DNA of 64,000 bases, taken from IMG/VR virus record IMGVR_UViG_3300031998_000008, positions 1 through 64,000 of that record. One strand, written 5' to 3'. The position numbers and the translations under genes were made by a program. The DNA is from a virus (Duplodnaviria; Caudoviricetes). The notes below the pieces were generated by a model. The model saw only the letters and a list, made by a program, of their open reading frames with translations. It was not told the origin of the DNA and did no database searches. Numbering within the stretch: position 1 is the first letter of the stretch; the number at the start of each line of letters is the position of its first letter. Positions 38,156 to 48,590 of the stretch are shown one piece after another.

Positions 38156-40942
38156 TTAGGTGTACATATTATCTTCCATCTTGACATATGGTAACTTATA
38201 AATCTTATCATCGCTGAAGTTATGTTGTAACCATAATGTCCAAATTCTTTCTGACAAGAATCCACCGATTTCTGTTTGCCATTTTACAGCAGCCTCATTA
38301 ACAGGCTCTTTTTCATATCTGATATACTTACCAGTTTCAATGTTATAATTGACATGCTCAATCAATTCTTCCTGAGTATGAATATGCGCCATATCCAAAT
38401 AATGAGTAAGGCAATCAAATAAAAATTCACAATACCTATTATAATCTTCAGATTTCATTATGAATCCATTTGAATAATAAAGATTTTCACCATTCTTTAT
38501 ATATTTGTCATAATCTTTTGCATATTCAGGATGGAAATGCTTAATTGCGACTTCCAATATGTACAAATCATCAATACAATTTGAAAATTTATATCCTTCC
38601 TCAACTGTATTTGCAGGAATGCACATTGGTTGGTCTTTTGTTGGCTTGCTATTTTCAGGATGGTTGAATGGCTCACATGTGATTACATCATATTTATCAA
38701 AGATTTCTTCAAAATTCATGGTTTCATTAACACCTGAAAGCGGCCTTCTATATTGCATTTGACCTTTATAATCAGCATCATTAACATTTTTCCAAATCCA
38801 ATATATTCCCGTGTTTTCGACATAGAAAAAGTTTAGCATTGAAATGTTATCTTCCGTATTGTCTTTCAAGTTGCAAACATTTGTTCCATTTGCAGCTCCA
38901 ACTTGTAAAGGTGTCACAACTTTGTCATCCAAGAATTTGAAATTCTTTCTTGAATAGCACAATGAAAAAATTTGTATATCTTTATTTTTTTCTCCATTAA
39001 ACGGAACAAGATAACTAACATCAACACCCAATGTTTTTTTGAAATATTCAACCTTTTCTTCAGTTACTTCATTTCTCTTGAAGAATAATTCAATAAGTTC
39101 TTTATTTTTAATTGGATTACCATCACAGAATCCCCTTTTAACCTTGTTTGCATATTCTTCAGCAGTTTTTGTTGTAAAATGAAGAAGCCCACCCCTTCTA
39201 AAGTCATAAGGAGCAAATGGTAACTTTGAATCGCATGGAATGCCAAATGAGTTACAGCATCTAATATTATCGTCTATTGGAGTGTGTGGAGTTTGTGCAT
39301 ATGTTATTTTTTCTAATCCCCCTCTAATGATTGATTTTATATGAAATGTATCAGGAATATTATATCCTGTTGATAAATTAACATCCAATGGGATTTTAAA
39401 TCTAGCCAAAACAGGTAAACCATTATCATAAATCATGCCACAATCGCCAAATAAAAGCCAATTCAAGTGAATCATGTCGAAATCTTTGAATGCTTTATCT
39501 GATAAGTATTCTTCAACATTTCTACAATTATTAAGAAACAAAAATTCATCTATATCAAAAAATGCAATCCAATCATATTTATCGCCATATTCAGCATAAC
39601 ATTCATTATATGCTTTAAATTGGCATGGAGTAGTTATATTTCTATAATCTTTTAGAATTACATAGCCACTTTTAATATAATCACCTATTACGGTATTGAA
39701 ATCATCTTCATTATCTCTATTGTTGTCATACAAACAAATATTTGTAAACCCAAAGTTTTTATTATATTCAACGTATTCTCTAATATACTTGTTTTCAAGC
39801 CTTCCAATACAACAAAGAAGAACTTTTAAATCGTTTGCATCTTCAACTTTTTCATTAAAAATCTTTTCAAATGACTTAGCGACTTTATCCCATGTATAAT
39901 TTTCAACACATTTTAATGATGATTCGACTTTTGAAAGCCTATATTTTTCATCCTTTAAGCATCTTATGGCATCTTCCGCTAACACGTCATAAAATTTTTC
40001 AAGATTATCATAATTCATTGGCTCCTTATCATCATCATAAAGTTCAGACCCAACAAATCCATTATAATCCTTTAATGTTGTTGTAAAACATCCCCATCTA
40101 CCTAAAATACATGCATTTTTTGCAAGCGCATTTTCAATGGATGTAACTGAAAAAGTTTCATCGCTTTTATTATACTCGTAATCATATCCATGGTTTGGAT
40201 ATACCCAAATTTTAGATTCGCATTGTCTTCTTACTAATTCACTTTTTGTAAGATTTCCAAGCAAATTTATACCATCTTGATTAAATGATTTTATTTTATA
40301 ACCATTATCCCTGTATGAACATATATCAACTTCAAAATCAGGAACTTCTTCTTTTATTTTTGGAAAAATATTTTCAACGAAAAATCTAACGCCTTTATTA
40401 AATCCACTTGAAAACACCATTTTATTTCTTTTTTCAAGACCATTTAAGCCTTCATACAATTCTTTTTCTACACCATCAAATACCACACATACTTTATTCT
40501 CAGTTATGTTGTATTTTTTCTTAATTATGTTTGCTTGAAAATCGGATTTGCAGAATATTTTTTTAACCCTATCTAAAGTATCAACTTTAATATTGCCAAT
40601 AACATTTATATCATGGCACATAAGAAATATGCTATCACAATTTGTTATCTCTTTTAATGGTTCGGTTGTACGGCTTAAAATAATGTGGTCAAATTGTATT
40701 TCTGAGCAAGTATCTTTAAATGATTGAATTGATTTATATTTTACCGTGTTTTTACCAACTAATATGTCATGCTCGTTTGTTGGATTCCCAAAAACATAAA
40801 CATCATACCCACATTTTGCAAATTCTTCTGACAATTTAATTGCCCATATTTCAGAACTTCCAATTCTTCCTATATTATAGTTGTTTTCATCCCATTTGAA
40901 ATTCATATCAGGGATAAAGCAATAAATACCTAATGTCTTCAT
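38156..40942 (-). CDS. Three-domain glycosyltransferase: GT-B (GT4-like), GT2/GT92-like, DUF4422-like
   Basis: IGSSE..CHD..ETFSVTSIE; EYVEY..GF..LYDNN..WIAFFDIDEFL; PLQVG..DNTEDNIS..ENTGIYWIWKN..YRR..GFLSER. Confidence 0.8.
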   Translation of the reverse strand: MKTLGIYCFIPDMNFKWDENNYNIGRIGSSEIWAIKLSEEFAKCGYDVYVFGNPTNEHDILVGKNTVKYKSIQSFKDTCSEIQFDHIILSRTTEPLKEITNCDSIFLMCHDINVIGNIKVDTLDRVKKIFCKSDFQANIIKKKYNITENKVCVVFDGVEKELYEGLNGLEKRNKMVFSSGFNKGVRFFVENIFPKIKEEVPDFEVDICSYRDNGYKIKSFNQDGINLLGNLTKSELVRRQCESKIWVYPNHGYDYEYNKSDETFSVTSIENALAKNACILGRWGCFTTTLKDYNGFVGSELYDDDKEPMNYDNLEKFYDVLAEDAIRCLKDEKYRLSKVESSLKCVENYTWDKVAKSFEKIFNEKVEDANDLKVLLCCIGRLENKYIREYVEYNKNFGFTNICLYDNNRDNEDDFNTVIGDYIKSGYVILKDYRNITTPCQFKAYNECYAEYGDKYDWIAFFDIDEFLFLNNCRNVEEYLSDKAFKDFDMIHLNWLLFGDCGMIYDNGLPVLARFKIPLDVNLSTGYNIPDTFHIKSIIRGGLEKITYAQTPHTPIDDNIRCCNSFGIPCDSKLPFAPYDFRRGGLLHFTTKTAEEYANKVKRGFCDGNPIKNKELIELFFKRNEVTEEKVEYFKKTLGVDVSYLVPFNGEKNKDIQIFSLCYSRKNFKFLDDKVVTPLQVGAANGTNVCNLKDNTEDNISMLNFFYVENTGIYWIWKNVNDADYKGQMQYRRPLSGVNETMNFEEIFDKYDVITCEPFNHPENSKPTKDQPMCIPANTVEEGYKFSNCIDDLYILEVAIKHFHPEYAKDYDKYIKNGENLYYSNGFIMKSEDYNRYCEFLFDCLTHYLDMAHIHTQEELIEHVNYNIETGKYIRYEKEPVNEAAVKWQTEIGGFLSERIWTLWLQHNFSDDKIYKLPYVKMEDNMYT

Positions 40943-41055
40943 ATATTTTTTTATAAAAATATAGAATATAGAAAATTATAGTAAACACAAAAATAAAAAA
41001 ACACACCTTATTCAAATGTGTATTAAAAATAATATATTACGAAGTAAATTTGCAA

Positions 41056-41206
41056 GAAAGCCCACTACTTTAGTGGTTGTATTAGTTGCACTGCTGACAG
41101 TGCCATTGGATATATCCAATGTGGTTAATAGGTATAACTTATTAACAAATACGTGCTCTTAAAATTGGTTAAGAGCCCAACGATTTCAATCTTTGTAGTA
41201 TGTCAG
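41056..41206. other. Structured non-coding element (five tandem hairpins) with IS200/IS605-like end motifs
   Basis: Five consecutive inverted repeats in 150 bp, no ORF. Confidence 0.45.
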
Positions 41207-41226
41207 ATTTTTATCAAAATATCAAT

Positions 41227-41715
41227 TTATTTCCAAAATTCTTTTGTTACATCAATCAATTTTTCTCTCGTAAAAACCTTATACATCCTTTGATTCGTTG
41301 TTTCTTTATTTAACGGACCAAACTCTTCAATATAAGGGCCAATTTTAATATAATCAAAATTTTCTTTCATATAATCCTTTATTTTTGGTTGTCCTGAATA
41401 AAGGCAAGTGACTATTCTAAATCCATTTGGGTCACTTATAGAGCCAAAACAATATTTTTCTCTAACATGCTGAGATAATTTGCAAAGAGTTTTAACATCA
41501 TTGCCTTCTCCCATGAATATTACACAGTTTATACCCCAATTTTCTTCTATTAGTCTATCAAGTTCTTCTATTGTTAGTTCTTGACCAATATCTTCACGTA
41601 AATCAGGTGTATGACATCCTATGCAATGATTTTGGCAATTTGTTATGTTTATTGCAAGAGACACATGATGTGGCATCTCTTCAAATACTATAGCGTAATC
41701 TTTGTATTTAATCAT
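41227..41715 (-). CDS. nrdG: Anaerobic ribonucleotide reductase activating enzyme
   Basis: CQNHCIGC radical-SAM motif, YIKIGPY..GPL..TTNQR; adjacent to nrdD; start at MIKYKD. Confidence 0.93.
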   Translation of the reverse strand: MIKYKDYAIVFEEMPHHVSLAINITNCQNHCIGCHTPDLREDIGQELTIEELDRLIEENWGINCVIFMGEGNDVKTLCKLSQHVREKYCFGSISDPNGFRIVTCLYSGQPKIKDYMKENFDYIKIGPYIEEFGPLNKETTNQRMYKVFTREKLIDVTKEFWK

Positions 41716-41719
41716 AGAA

Positions 41720-43912
41720 TTAACCTTTATAATAATAACGATGTTCCGCTTCAATTTGTCTTGGCTCAGCAAATGAAGAAATTCTCTTCAAATACCCAAT
41801 AACACGTGTTAAATAATCAAGGTTTGTGCTTCCGCAATGTGGGCATACATCCAAAGTATGCTTGCTAATATATCCACATTCATTACAAACTGTATTTTTA
41901 ACATTAAATGTGAAATAGTTACATCCATTATTTGCAGCAATTTTCATAAATTGCCTATATTGTTCCTTTGAAAGATGCTCTTGAAGATTTGCATGTAAAG
42001 CGCTACCACCATCAAGGTATTTTACATAATCTCTTCCGTGTAAAACGGTCTTTTGTATAATGTTTACTGATTCATCTTCAGGATTATAGAAATATGAACT
42101 ATAAAGATTTCTGTTAGGACTTACCCAATAGCCATCTTTTTTATCCCATCTATAATTCTTAGCAGCCAAATTTTCAGCAGGAACAAATTCAGTATTAAAC
42201 ATACATTCTCTTGTTCTATCTTTTCTATTTGAAATATTGATGGTTTCCAAAATATTATTAACAAATTCTTTATATTCATCATTAACACTTACTTTAATGC
42301 CTAAGAACTCAGCAGCATCAGTAATTCCATTAACGCCAACAGTCAAATATTGCTTTTTCATATCAATAAAGCCAGCTCTATAGACATCAAGCATATTTGC
42401 TTCCAAGAAATCTTTAATTGTATCGTTAAATGATTTTTGGTATTTGTGAACACGTTCAGTAAGTTCCCTTACTTCATTTCTTATATATTCATACAAGGCA
42501 TCTTTATCATATTCAAGGCCCATTTCAACTATATTCTTACCATCTTCCAATGTAACGCCGTATTCATCATCAAAATACTTTCTTGCAGCATCTTGAATCA
42601 ATCTTGGTAAGTTCATTGTCATAACTGATTTAGAACCAGTTGCAACTGAAGCAGTACCCATTGAATATTGGTGTGTTGTGTGATTGTGGTCAGCATCATC
42701 TTCATCTAAATCCTTTAATGAATTACGCAACCTACAGCAACTACTTAATGAATCAGGACTATCGGAAAGATAGCAGAAGAAACTATGACCTTCTGACCAC
42801 ATTTCAGCAGTGAAATCTGCATATTCTTTATCCAAGAAATCATCAGCGCCATCTGTAAGTAATGCCATTGTTTCAACGGGGAATGTGAATGTATATGTCA
42901 ATCTTTCCTTATTGAACCACTTCATAAATCTCTTTTGTAGCCATGAAAGAGTTTCCCATACAGGTTTTGTGTCATCTGGAAATACAAAATCACCAAACAC
43001 ACCTTCGAAATATGGTTTATCAAAATATGAAATATTCCAAAAGACTGTTTGATAGCCACGATTACCTGCCGGCATATTCATACTGTGTACCACTTGTTGG
43101 AATGCATTGTCAATAACATCACCAATAGTTCTTTTCTTTCTACTCAAGTCAACAACTTCATCAACTCTATTAATATAATCTTCGCCATAATCTTTTCTAA
43201 TGAAATAATCCATATACATTAAAAATTCAGGAGTTGCAACAGCACCCATGAATTGTGATGAAATTGAATAAACAAGATTGATAAATTCGCCACAGAATGA
43301 TTTCAAGTCTGTTGGTGCTACTGATTCACCACCAAGGCCCTTTAATCCATCAACAAGGAAAGGATACATTGTTATAGCAACGCAATACGGATAACCAGGT
43401 GTACCACTTTCATCATGCTTATACAGCCTGTGTGATTCCAAATCAGCAATGTATTGTTCTGCAAGTTTCTTGGTGTAATTGTATCTGATTTTATCAAATA
43501 GAATATATCTATTTTGCTTGATATTATCTTCTTTATACAATTCTTGTCCAAGAGTAACAATGTTCTTATTGCTTACATTTGCATTTGAGTCAAATTTTGA
43601 CCCCGTTGCTGCGTTCTTTGCATGGATATATTCCTGAATGAAGTCATTTTTCTTTCTTCTCGGTACAGTGTCGTTGTAACTCCTTGAATATTCCTTTGCA
43701 ACTTTTTTGTTTATGCTCATAAGGGCATCTTCTACCTGTCTTCTAATTTCTTCGGTACTAATATTGTCATAAAGAAAAAGGCTGTTGACGATACTTTCAA
43801 GGATTAAATCATCACATTCTTCGCCAGTAGCCTCATATGCTTTACAAATACCACTCTTAACTTTCTCTCTATCAAATTCTTCTAAAAAATGCTTACTTTT
43901 TCTTACGTTCAT
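41720..43912 (-). CDS. nrdD: Class III anaerobic ribonucleoside-triphosphate reductase with ATP cone
   Basis: N-terminal ATP cone, SSCCRL, EFVPAE, CNECG..CPHCG, glycyl-radical loop RVIGYL. Confidence 0.96.
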   Translation of the reverse strand: MNVRKSKHFLEEFDREKVKSGICKAYEATGEECDDLILESIVNSLFLYDNISTEEIRRQVEDALMSINKKVAKEYSRSYNDTVPRRKKNDFIQEYIHAKNAATGSKFDSNANVSNKNIVTLGQELYKEDNIKQNRYILFDKIRYNYTKKLAEQYIADLESHRLYKHDESGTPGYPYCVAITMYPFLVDGLKGLGGESVAPTDLKSFCGEFINLVYSISSQFMGAVATPEFLMYMDYFIRKDYGEDYINRVDEVVDLSRKKRTIGDVIDNAFQQVVHSMNMPAGNRGYQTVFWNISYFDKPYFEGVFGDFVFPDDTKPVWETLSWLQKRFMKWFNKERLTYTFTFPVETMALLTDGADDFLDKEYADFTAEMWSEGHSFFCYLSDSPDSLSSCCRLRNSLKDLDEDDADHNHTTHQYSMGTASVATGSKSVMTMNLPRLIQDAARKYFDDEYGVTLEDGKNIVEMGLEYDKDALYEYIRNEVRELTERVHKYQKSFNDTIKDFLEANMLDVYRAGFIDMKKQYLTVGVNGITDAAEFLGIKVSVNDEYKEFVNNILETINISNRKDRTRECMFNTEFVPAENLAAKNYRWDKKDGYWVSPNRNLYSSYFYNPEDESVNIIQKTVLHGRDYVKYLDGGSALHANLQEHLSKEQYRQFMKIAANNGCNYFTFNVKNTVCNECGYISKHTLDVCPHCGSTNLDYLTRVIGYLKRISSFAEPRQIEAEHRYYYKG

Positions 43913-43982
43913 AACTAAAATCTTTCTTATTTTAATAAATAAGAGGCTCTTTCATTTTGTTTGAAAAAGCCTCATATTTTTT

Positions 43983-45512
43983 TTAAAATTTATCATTGGG
44001 CTTTATTAAACCAACAAAATTTCCTTCTACAACTTCCTCACTATCAGTCTCTTTACTGACAACTTCATCTTTTTTGGCGTTTATTTCCCTGAACAATTTT
44101 GTTCGTTGTTTTTCCTGAAGGTCGGCGGCTTGTTCCTCCCATGCAAGTGAATCATCAAACTCTTGAACTTCATCACATGAAATTGTACTTGTACCGTTGT
44201 CAAATTTTACATTATTAAATATTTTTCCCGACTTTCCTGAACGATTTTTAAGCACTGAAATTACTGCTTTATTTTTATCAATATCTCCAATTGCCCTTGC
44301 TATTGATAAAATCAACTGAGCAACATGGACTTTTTTTGCTGAGCCACTTGCTTGGTCCATTCTAACAACATCAGGACTGTTCATACTGTCTTTTGTGCCT
44401 TGAGTCGGAATCCATATAGCACAATCAAGGTCATGTGCCATATTTTCCAATTTTCTCATTGTAACACCCTCACGTGTCCATTCTGTATCAGTTGAATATC
44501 CACCCTTTTCAGGAGCAAGACATTCAAAATAGTCAATTGAAATTAAATCAGGTTTGAATCCTGTATTGATTAATCTTCTTACAAATATCTCAATATCACT
44601 TGCACTTTTAGTGCCTGTCTTAAAATGTTTTAACCTAAGATTATTTGTTAAAGCCTCTTTGTCTTTAAAATTGTTAAGCCAATTTTGCACTTCATCCCTG
44701 TCTTGAGTGGAAAGTCTCTTCATTGTTCTAGCTTCCCATCCTGTGATTCTTGAATAGTGCTTTCTTGTTATATCAACATCATCATCCTCGAAATAAATTT
44801 GTAGTACTTTATATCCTTGATGATTATTCATGTCGCATTTATAACCTGCGGCATATGAGCATATTGCTGTTGTAAATGTTGTCTTACCAAAGCCAGCTGG
44901 GGCAATTATAAGTCCAAGTTTACCCTTATCAAGACCACCGCCAAGAACATCATCAAGAACACTAACACCTGTTGGAATTGACACTGTATAATCATTAGCC
45001 AATGCCTTATCCATCATTTCATAGATGTTATAACCAAAATCATCTTCCTGGCCAGCCATTGCAGCTTCATCTAACATCTTTTGGCATTCCTCATACCTAT
45101 CAATGTCACCTTTACCTGCAATTTCAAGAATTTTGTTAGCAACTTTAATGAGATTTTGTTGTTTGAAAAAGCGTAATGCTGTTTCCTTTACAATTGTATA
45201 TCCCTCATAACTTGTCTCAAATTTTAATTTTTTAACAAGTGCATTCCACTCATCTATATCATTTTGGGTTTTTGCCTTTTGATTCAGCAAAAACCCAATG
45301 ACTTCGTATGATGGCATTACATTTTCATTTTTGTAATAGTCCTTTACAGTACCTACAAAAGTTCTAAGTAATGCGTCAGTAAATGCGTTTTGGTCAACAA
45401 TTGACGCTATATCTTCAAAAAATTTAGGTTCTTCTACAAAAATTTTAACAAGTTTGTATTGAAAGTCTAAATCCAAGTAACCTAAGTTACTTTTATCCAA
45501 TTGTTTACCCAC
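43983..45512 (-). CDS. DnaB/gp41-like replicative helicase
   Basis: IPTG..LDDVLGGG, APAGFGKTT, SIDYFE, WIPTQ, KNRSG. Confidence 0.92.
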   Translation of the reverse strand: MGKQLDKSNLGYLDLDFQYKLVKIFVEEPKFFEDIASIVDQNAFTDALLRTFVGTVKDYYKNENVMPSYEVIGFLLNQKAKTQNDIDEWNALVKKLKFETSYEGYTIVKETALRFFKQQNLIKVANKILEIAGKGDIDRYEECQKMLDEAAMAGQEDDFGYNIYEMMDKALANDYTVSIPTGVSVLDDVLGGGLDKGKLGLIIAPAGFGKTTFTTAICSYAAGYKCDMNNHQGYKVLQIYFEDDDVDITRKHYSRITGWEARTMKRLSTQDRDEVQNWLNNFKDKEALTNNLRLKHFKTGTKSASDIEIFVRRLINTGFKPDLISIDYFECLAPEKGGYSTDTEWTREGVTMRKLENMAHDLDCAIWIPTQGTKDSMNSPDVVRMDQASGSAKKVHVAQLILSIARAIGDIDKNKAVISVLKNRSGKSGKIFNNVKFDNGTSTISCDEVQEFDDSLAWEEQAADLQEKQRTKLFREINAKKDEVVSKETDSEEVVEGNFVGLIKPNDKF

Positions 45513-45523
45513 TAATCACATAA

Positions 45524-46285
45524 TTATACCACATTATATAGCAATCTATCTGAGTCGTGATTCCAACAATCGAACAAATCATCAACATCAGTAGTATAAT
45601 CCTTGCTATCAGGATAGCTACATGCGTAGCAAATGTTTTTAATCAAGCCATAAACAAGGTCTGACTTGTCTTTGACCATCATATAGAGCAAATATTGCTC
45701 AAAGGTCAAATGCTCGGTATCCTCCTCAGAGAATTTACCTCTCTTGTTGGATAAGTCAATCTTATCCCTAACGAACTTAGGATAGTAACCATCCCAAGTA
45801 ATGGCACAAACTTCTCTACCGTCCACCTTAAAAGCAAACTTATAGGTTGATTTGTTATCTTCAGCACTTGACTCAGTAAGTTCACCATCATCAAACTTAC
45901 TGCCAAGAGGCTTGACGGTTTTATCTTTACAAAGAACAAAGTCGGTCTCGGTATTACCCTTAACAACAAGGCCCTCACCGATTGTCATTTTTGCAAAGTT
46001 TTCATCCTTTGACACGTATTCCTCCATTTGTTCCTGAGTATCAAAAACTCTTGGAGCGTAAATTGACAAATAAATCTGAGTTTTATCCTTCAGGTCATTG
46101 TCAATGATGGCTGCACACCTTCTAATGGCATTTGTAAGTTCATATGAACGCAAAGCCGTTGGGTTAAAATTATTAATTCTAAAATAACGTTGGCAAATAA
46201 TATTACCATCTGTCGTAAAGACAAATTCGAATCTTTCTTTATAGTCCTTTTGTGATTCGGCGGACTTCTGTTTAAATTCTGCCAT
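45524..46285 (-). CDS. Hypothetical protein in replication cluster
   Basis: 253 aa, own promoter, distinct codon usage. Confidence 0.8.
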   Translation of the reverse strand: MAEFKQKSAESQKDYKERFEFVFTTDGNIICQRYFRINNFNPTALRSYELTNAIRRCAAIIDNDLKDKTQIYLSIYAPRVFDTQEQMEEYVSKDENFAKMTIGEGLVVKGNTETDFVLCKDKTVKPLGSKFDDGELTESSAEDNKSTYKFAFKVDGREVCAITWDGYYPKFVRDKIDLSNKRGKFSEEDTEHLTFEQYLLYMMVKDKSDLVYGLIKNICYACSYPDSKDYTTDVDDLFDCWNHDSDRLLYNVV

Positions 46286-46338
46286 AAATTAAAATTTTAA
46301 AAATTAAAAAAACACTTTTCTAATCAAATTGTACTTAA

Positions 46339-46367
46339 ATTATATAAAATTTCTTTTGATAAAACAA
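46339..46367 (-). promoter_or_regulatory. sigma70-like promoter TTGTTT-17-TATAAT
   Basis: Exact 17-nt spacer upstream of 46285. Confidence 0.6.
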
Positions 46368-46385
46368 ATAAAATTTTATTCATGT

Positions 46386-47618
46386 CTAATTATTTTCATC
46401 TTTAAATTTCTTTTTCTCCCTATCAGACAATTCTTTAAATGGTACAAAAAAATTTGAAAAAGAATTAATATCCATCAAATCTTCTATACCGTCTCGCTTA
46501 ATCATTTCGTATAAATTTTCAAATGAACGGCCTTCAGGGTCCATTGGAGCGTACATCATGGATTCAATATCACCCTCTGCTCGTTTTGTTAGCAATGGGT
46601 GCTTCAAATCAATGATTTTTTCGTTAATTTCATAAAAATCGCCATCATATTGCTTGTTTGAAACGCCATTTACTATGTTTTCATGCCATTTTAACGGTTT
46701 TTTCTTCTCAGCAACACGTTCATCAATCAGTTTTTGGGCTTTTTCCTTTACCTCATCTATAGTTATAGGTCTTTCGGCCATTTCAGGCATCAATTCCATC
46801 AATCTTGCCTCTGAAAGACCCTTTATATTACCTATATTATCAGATGTATCACCACATAGAATCTTTTTTATGAGAACATTTTCAATTGGATAACCCTTAA
46901 TTGACTGAAAATTCTTAACTGAAAGGTATTTTTTAATTCTCCTGTCATAAACTGACACTGTTGGAGTGATTAATTGTGTCAAATCTTGGTCAGAACTGAC
47001 TATAACAATCCTTTCTTCAGGCTTTTTATGTAATGTGTAGTAGGCAATGAAGTCATCACCCTCAGTTTTATTGTCAAAAAGGACCCTAATGAACATTTCT
47101 TCACAATACTGCATGATAATGTTGCGTTCTCTCTCGAAATTTTCATCAACAAGTTCTTTTTTCTTCTTTCTTTCTTCCTTTAGGGCCTTTTCTTCGTCAG
47201 AAAGTGATTCTTCACGCTCTTTTTTCTTATTTTTATTGTAAATTGCCTTTTCCATGCACTTAATTGTCATGTTTAAGCGTTTCCAATAGTCACTTTCTTC
47301 TTCACCATCAATAACATGCTTTGCGTAATTCTTATCCCTATTCGCTTTATACTCATTATATAATTGATACCTCAAAATTCCAGACTCTGAGTCATCAAAA
47401 ACAACATAAACGTATGAATATTGATAATCCCTAAGCATTAACTTGATTTGTAAGAAAAATTGGAATATACCCCCATAGTGAATGCCATCTGCATTAATCT
47501 TTGTGTCAGCCATACATTGGCGCAAAAGGTTATTACCGTCAATTATCAATGTAAAAAACGGTTTTGCAGATAGTTCAGGATGTAATTCTTTTATATTTTG
47601 TCTTACGGGCTGTCCCAT
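46386..47618 (-). CDS. 5'-3' exonuclease/flap endonuclease (T4 RNase H, Pol I N-terminal type)
   Basis: IIDGNNL, VVFD, YKANR, EGDDFIA, SSDQDLTQL, CGDTSDNI. Confidence 0.92.
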   Translation of the reverse strand: MGQPVRQNIKELHPELSAKPFFTLIIDGNNLLRQCMADTKINADGIHYGGIFQFFLQIKLMLRDYQYSYVYVVFDDSESGILRYQLYNEYKANRDKNYAKHVIDGEEESDYWKRLNMTIKCMEKAIYNKNKKKEREESLSDEEKALKEERKKKKELVDENFERERNIIMQYCEEMFIRVLFDNKTEGDDFIAYYTLHKKPEERIVIVSSDQDLTQLITPTVSVYDRRIKKYLSVKNFQSIKGYPIENVLIKKILCGDTSDNIGNIKGLSEARLMELMPEMAERPITIDEVKEKAQKLIDERVAEKKKPLKWHENIVNGVSNKQYDGDFYEINEKIIDLKHPLLTKRAEGDIESMMYAPMDPEGRSFENLYEMIKRDGIEDLMDINSFSNFFVPFKELSDREKKKFKDENN

Positions 47619-47635
47619 TAACTTACTTTTTATAT

Positions 47636-47664
47636 AATATACAAATTTAGATACGAAAAAACAA
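47636..47664 (-). promoter_or_regulatory. sigma70-like promoter TTGTTT-17-TATATT
   Basis: Exact 17-nt spacer upstream of 47618. Confidence 0.6.
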
Positions 47665-47670
47665 CAAATC

Positions 47671-48471
47671 CTACTGAGGATTTTGTGGTATATTGTTCCA
47701 TTTCTTCAAAATCTCAGTGATTATTGGGTTTCTCACAATATCTTCCTCTGTAAATTCCAAAAATCCAACGCCTTCAATGTCTTTTAGAACGTCAAAAGCA
47801 TAATCAAGCCCACATTTATCACCTGATTTCTTAATGTCCTTTCTATCTATTTGCATATTATCACCAAGAAACACCATTTTACTGTTCCTACCGATTCTTG
47901 TAAGTATTAAAAGCATTTCTTGCTTGTTGAAATTTTCTGATTCGTCAATGATTATAATACTGTCATCAAATGTTTTACCTCTCAAAAATGAAGCAGCCTC
48001 TTCAACAACCATGTCGTTCTTCAATAAATTAACAATAATGTCTTTGCTGTTAAAATTACCACTATCATCCAATATTTTTTCAATCGTGAATTCAATTGCA
48101 TCGAAAAACGGCTGCAATTTTTCATCAACAGAGCCAGGAAGTAATCCAAGAGGCATTGATGATGATTCAACATTAGGACAACAAATTATAATTCGTCTAT
48201 AAGGCCCGTTTTTAAGTAAATCCAAGGCTGTTTCAGCTGCTATGTATGATTTTCCCGTCCCTGCGGAACCTTGGCAAAAAACGATTTCTTTTTCCTTTAT
48301 TAAATTATGTAATTCTTTTTGTTTTTGATTTTTACATTTAAGTTTTAATTTAAAGTTTAACAACTTTGAAGGATTTACTTTGGCCTCCTCCTTTTCAGGA
48401 TTCATTTTGGTTTTGATGTACTCAAGTTCATCTTCATCCAATGATTCCACAAGTCTCTTTTTCTTAGCCAT
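47671..48471 (-). CDS. phoH: PhoH-family ATPase
   Basis: GSAGTGKSY, LGLLPG..EK, FLRGKTF, IIDESEN, LTRIG, GD..Q.D, DIVRNP. Confidence 0.93.
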   Translation of the reverse strand: MAKKKRLVESLDEDELEYIKTKMNPEKEEAKVNPSKLLNFKLKLKCKNQKQKELHNLIKEKEIVFCQGSAGTGKSYIAAETALDLLKNGPYRRIIICCPNVESSSMPLGLLPGSVDEKLQPFFDAIEFTIEKILDDSGNFNSKDIIVNLLKNDMVVEEAASFLRGKTFDDSIIIIDESENFNKQEMLLILTRIGRNSKMVFLGDNMQIDRKDIKKSGDKCGLDYAFDVLKDIEGVGFLEFTEEDIVRNPIITEILKKWNNIPQNPQ

Positions 48472-48506
48472 AAAAACAATTTTTTAGAATTATTAATTTA
48501 AATAAG

Positions 48507-48538
48507 AAAAAAGCACTACTATTCACTAGCAGTGCTTT
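48507..48538 (-). terminator. Intrinsic terminator
   Basis: Minus strand AAAGCACTGCTA-GTGAA-TAGTAGTGCTTTTTT. Confidence 0.7.
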
Positions 48539-48590
48539 ATCGTTATTTAGTAATATGTAGTCATACAACTCATATGATATTATTTATATC

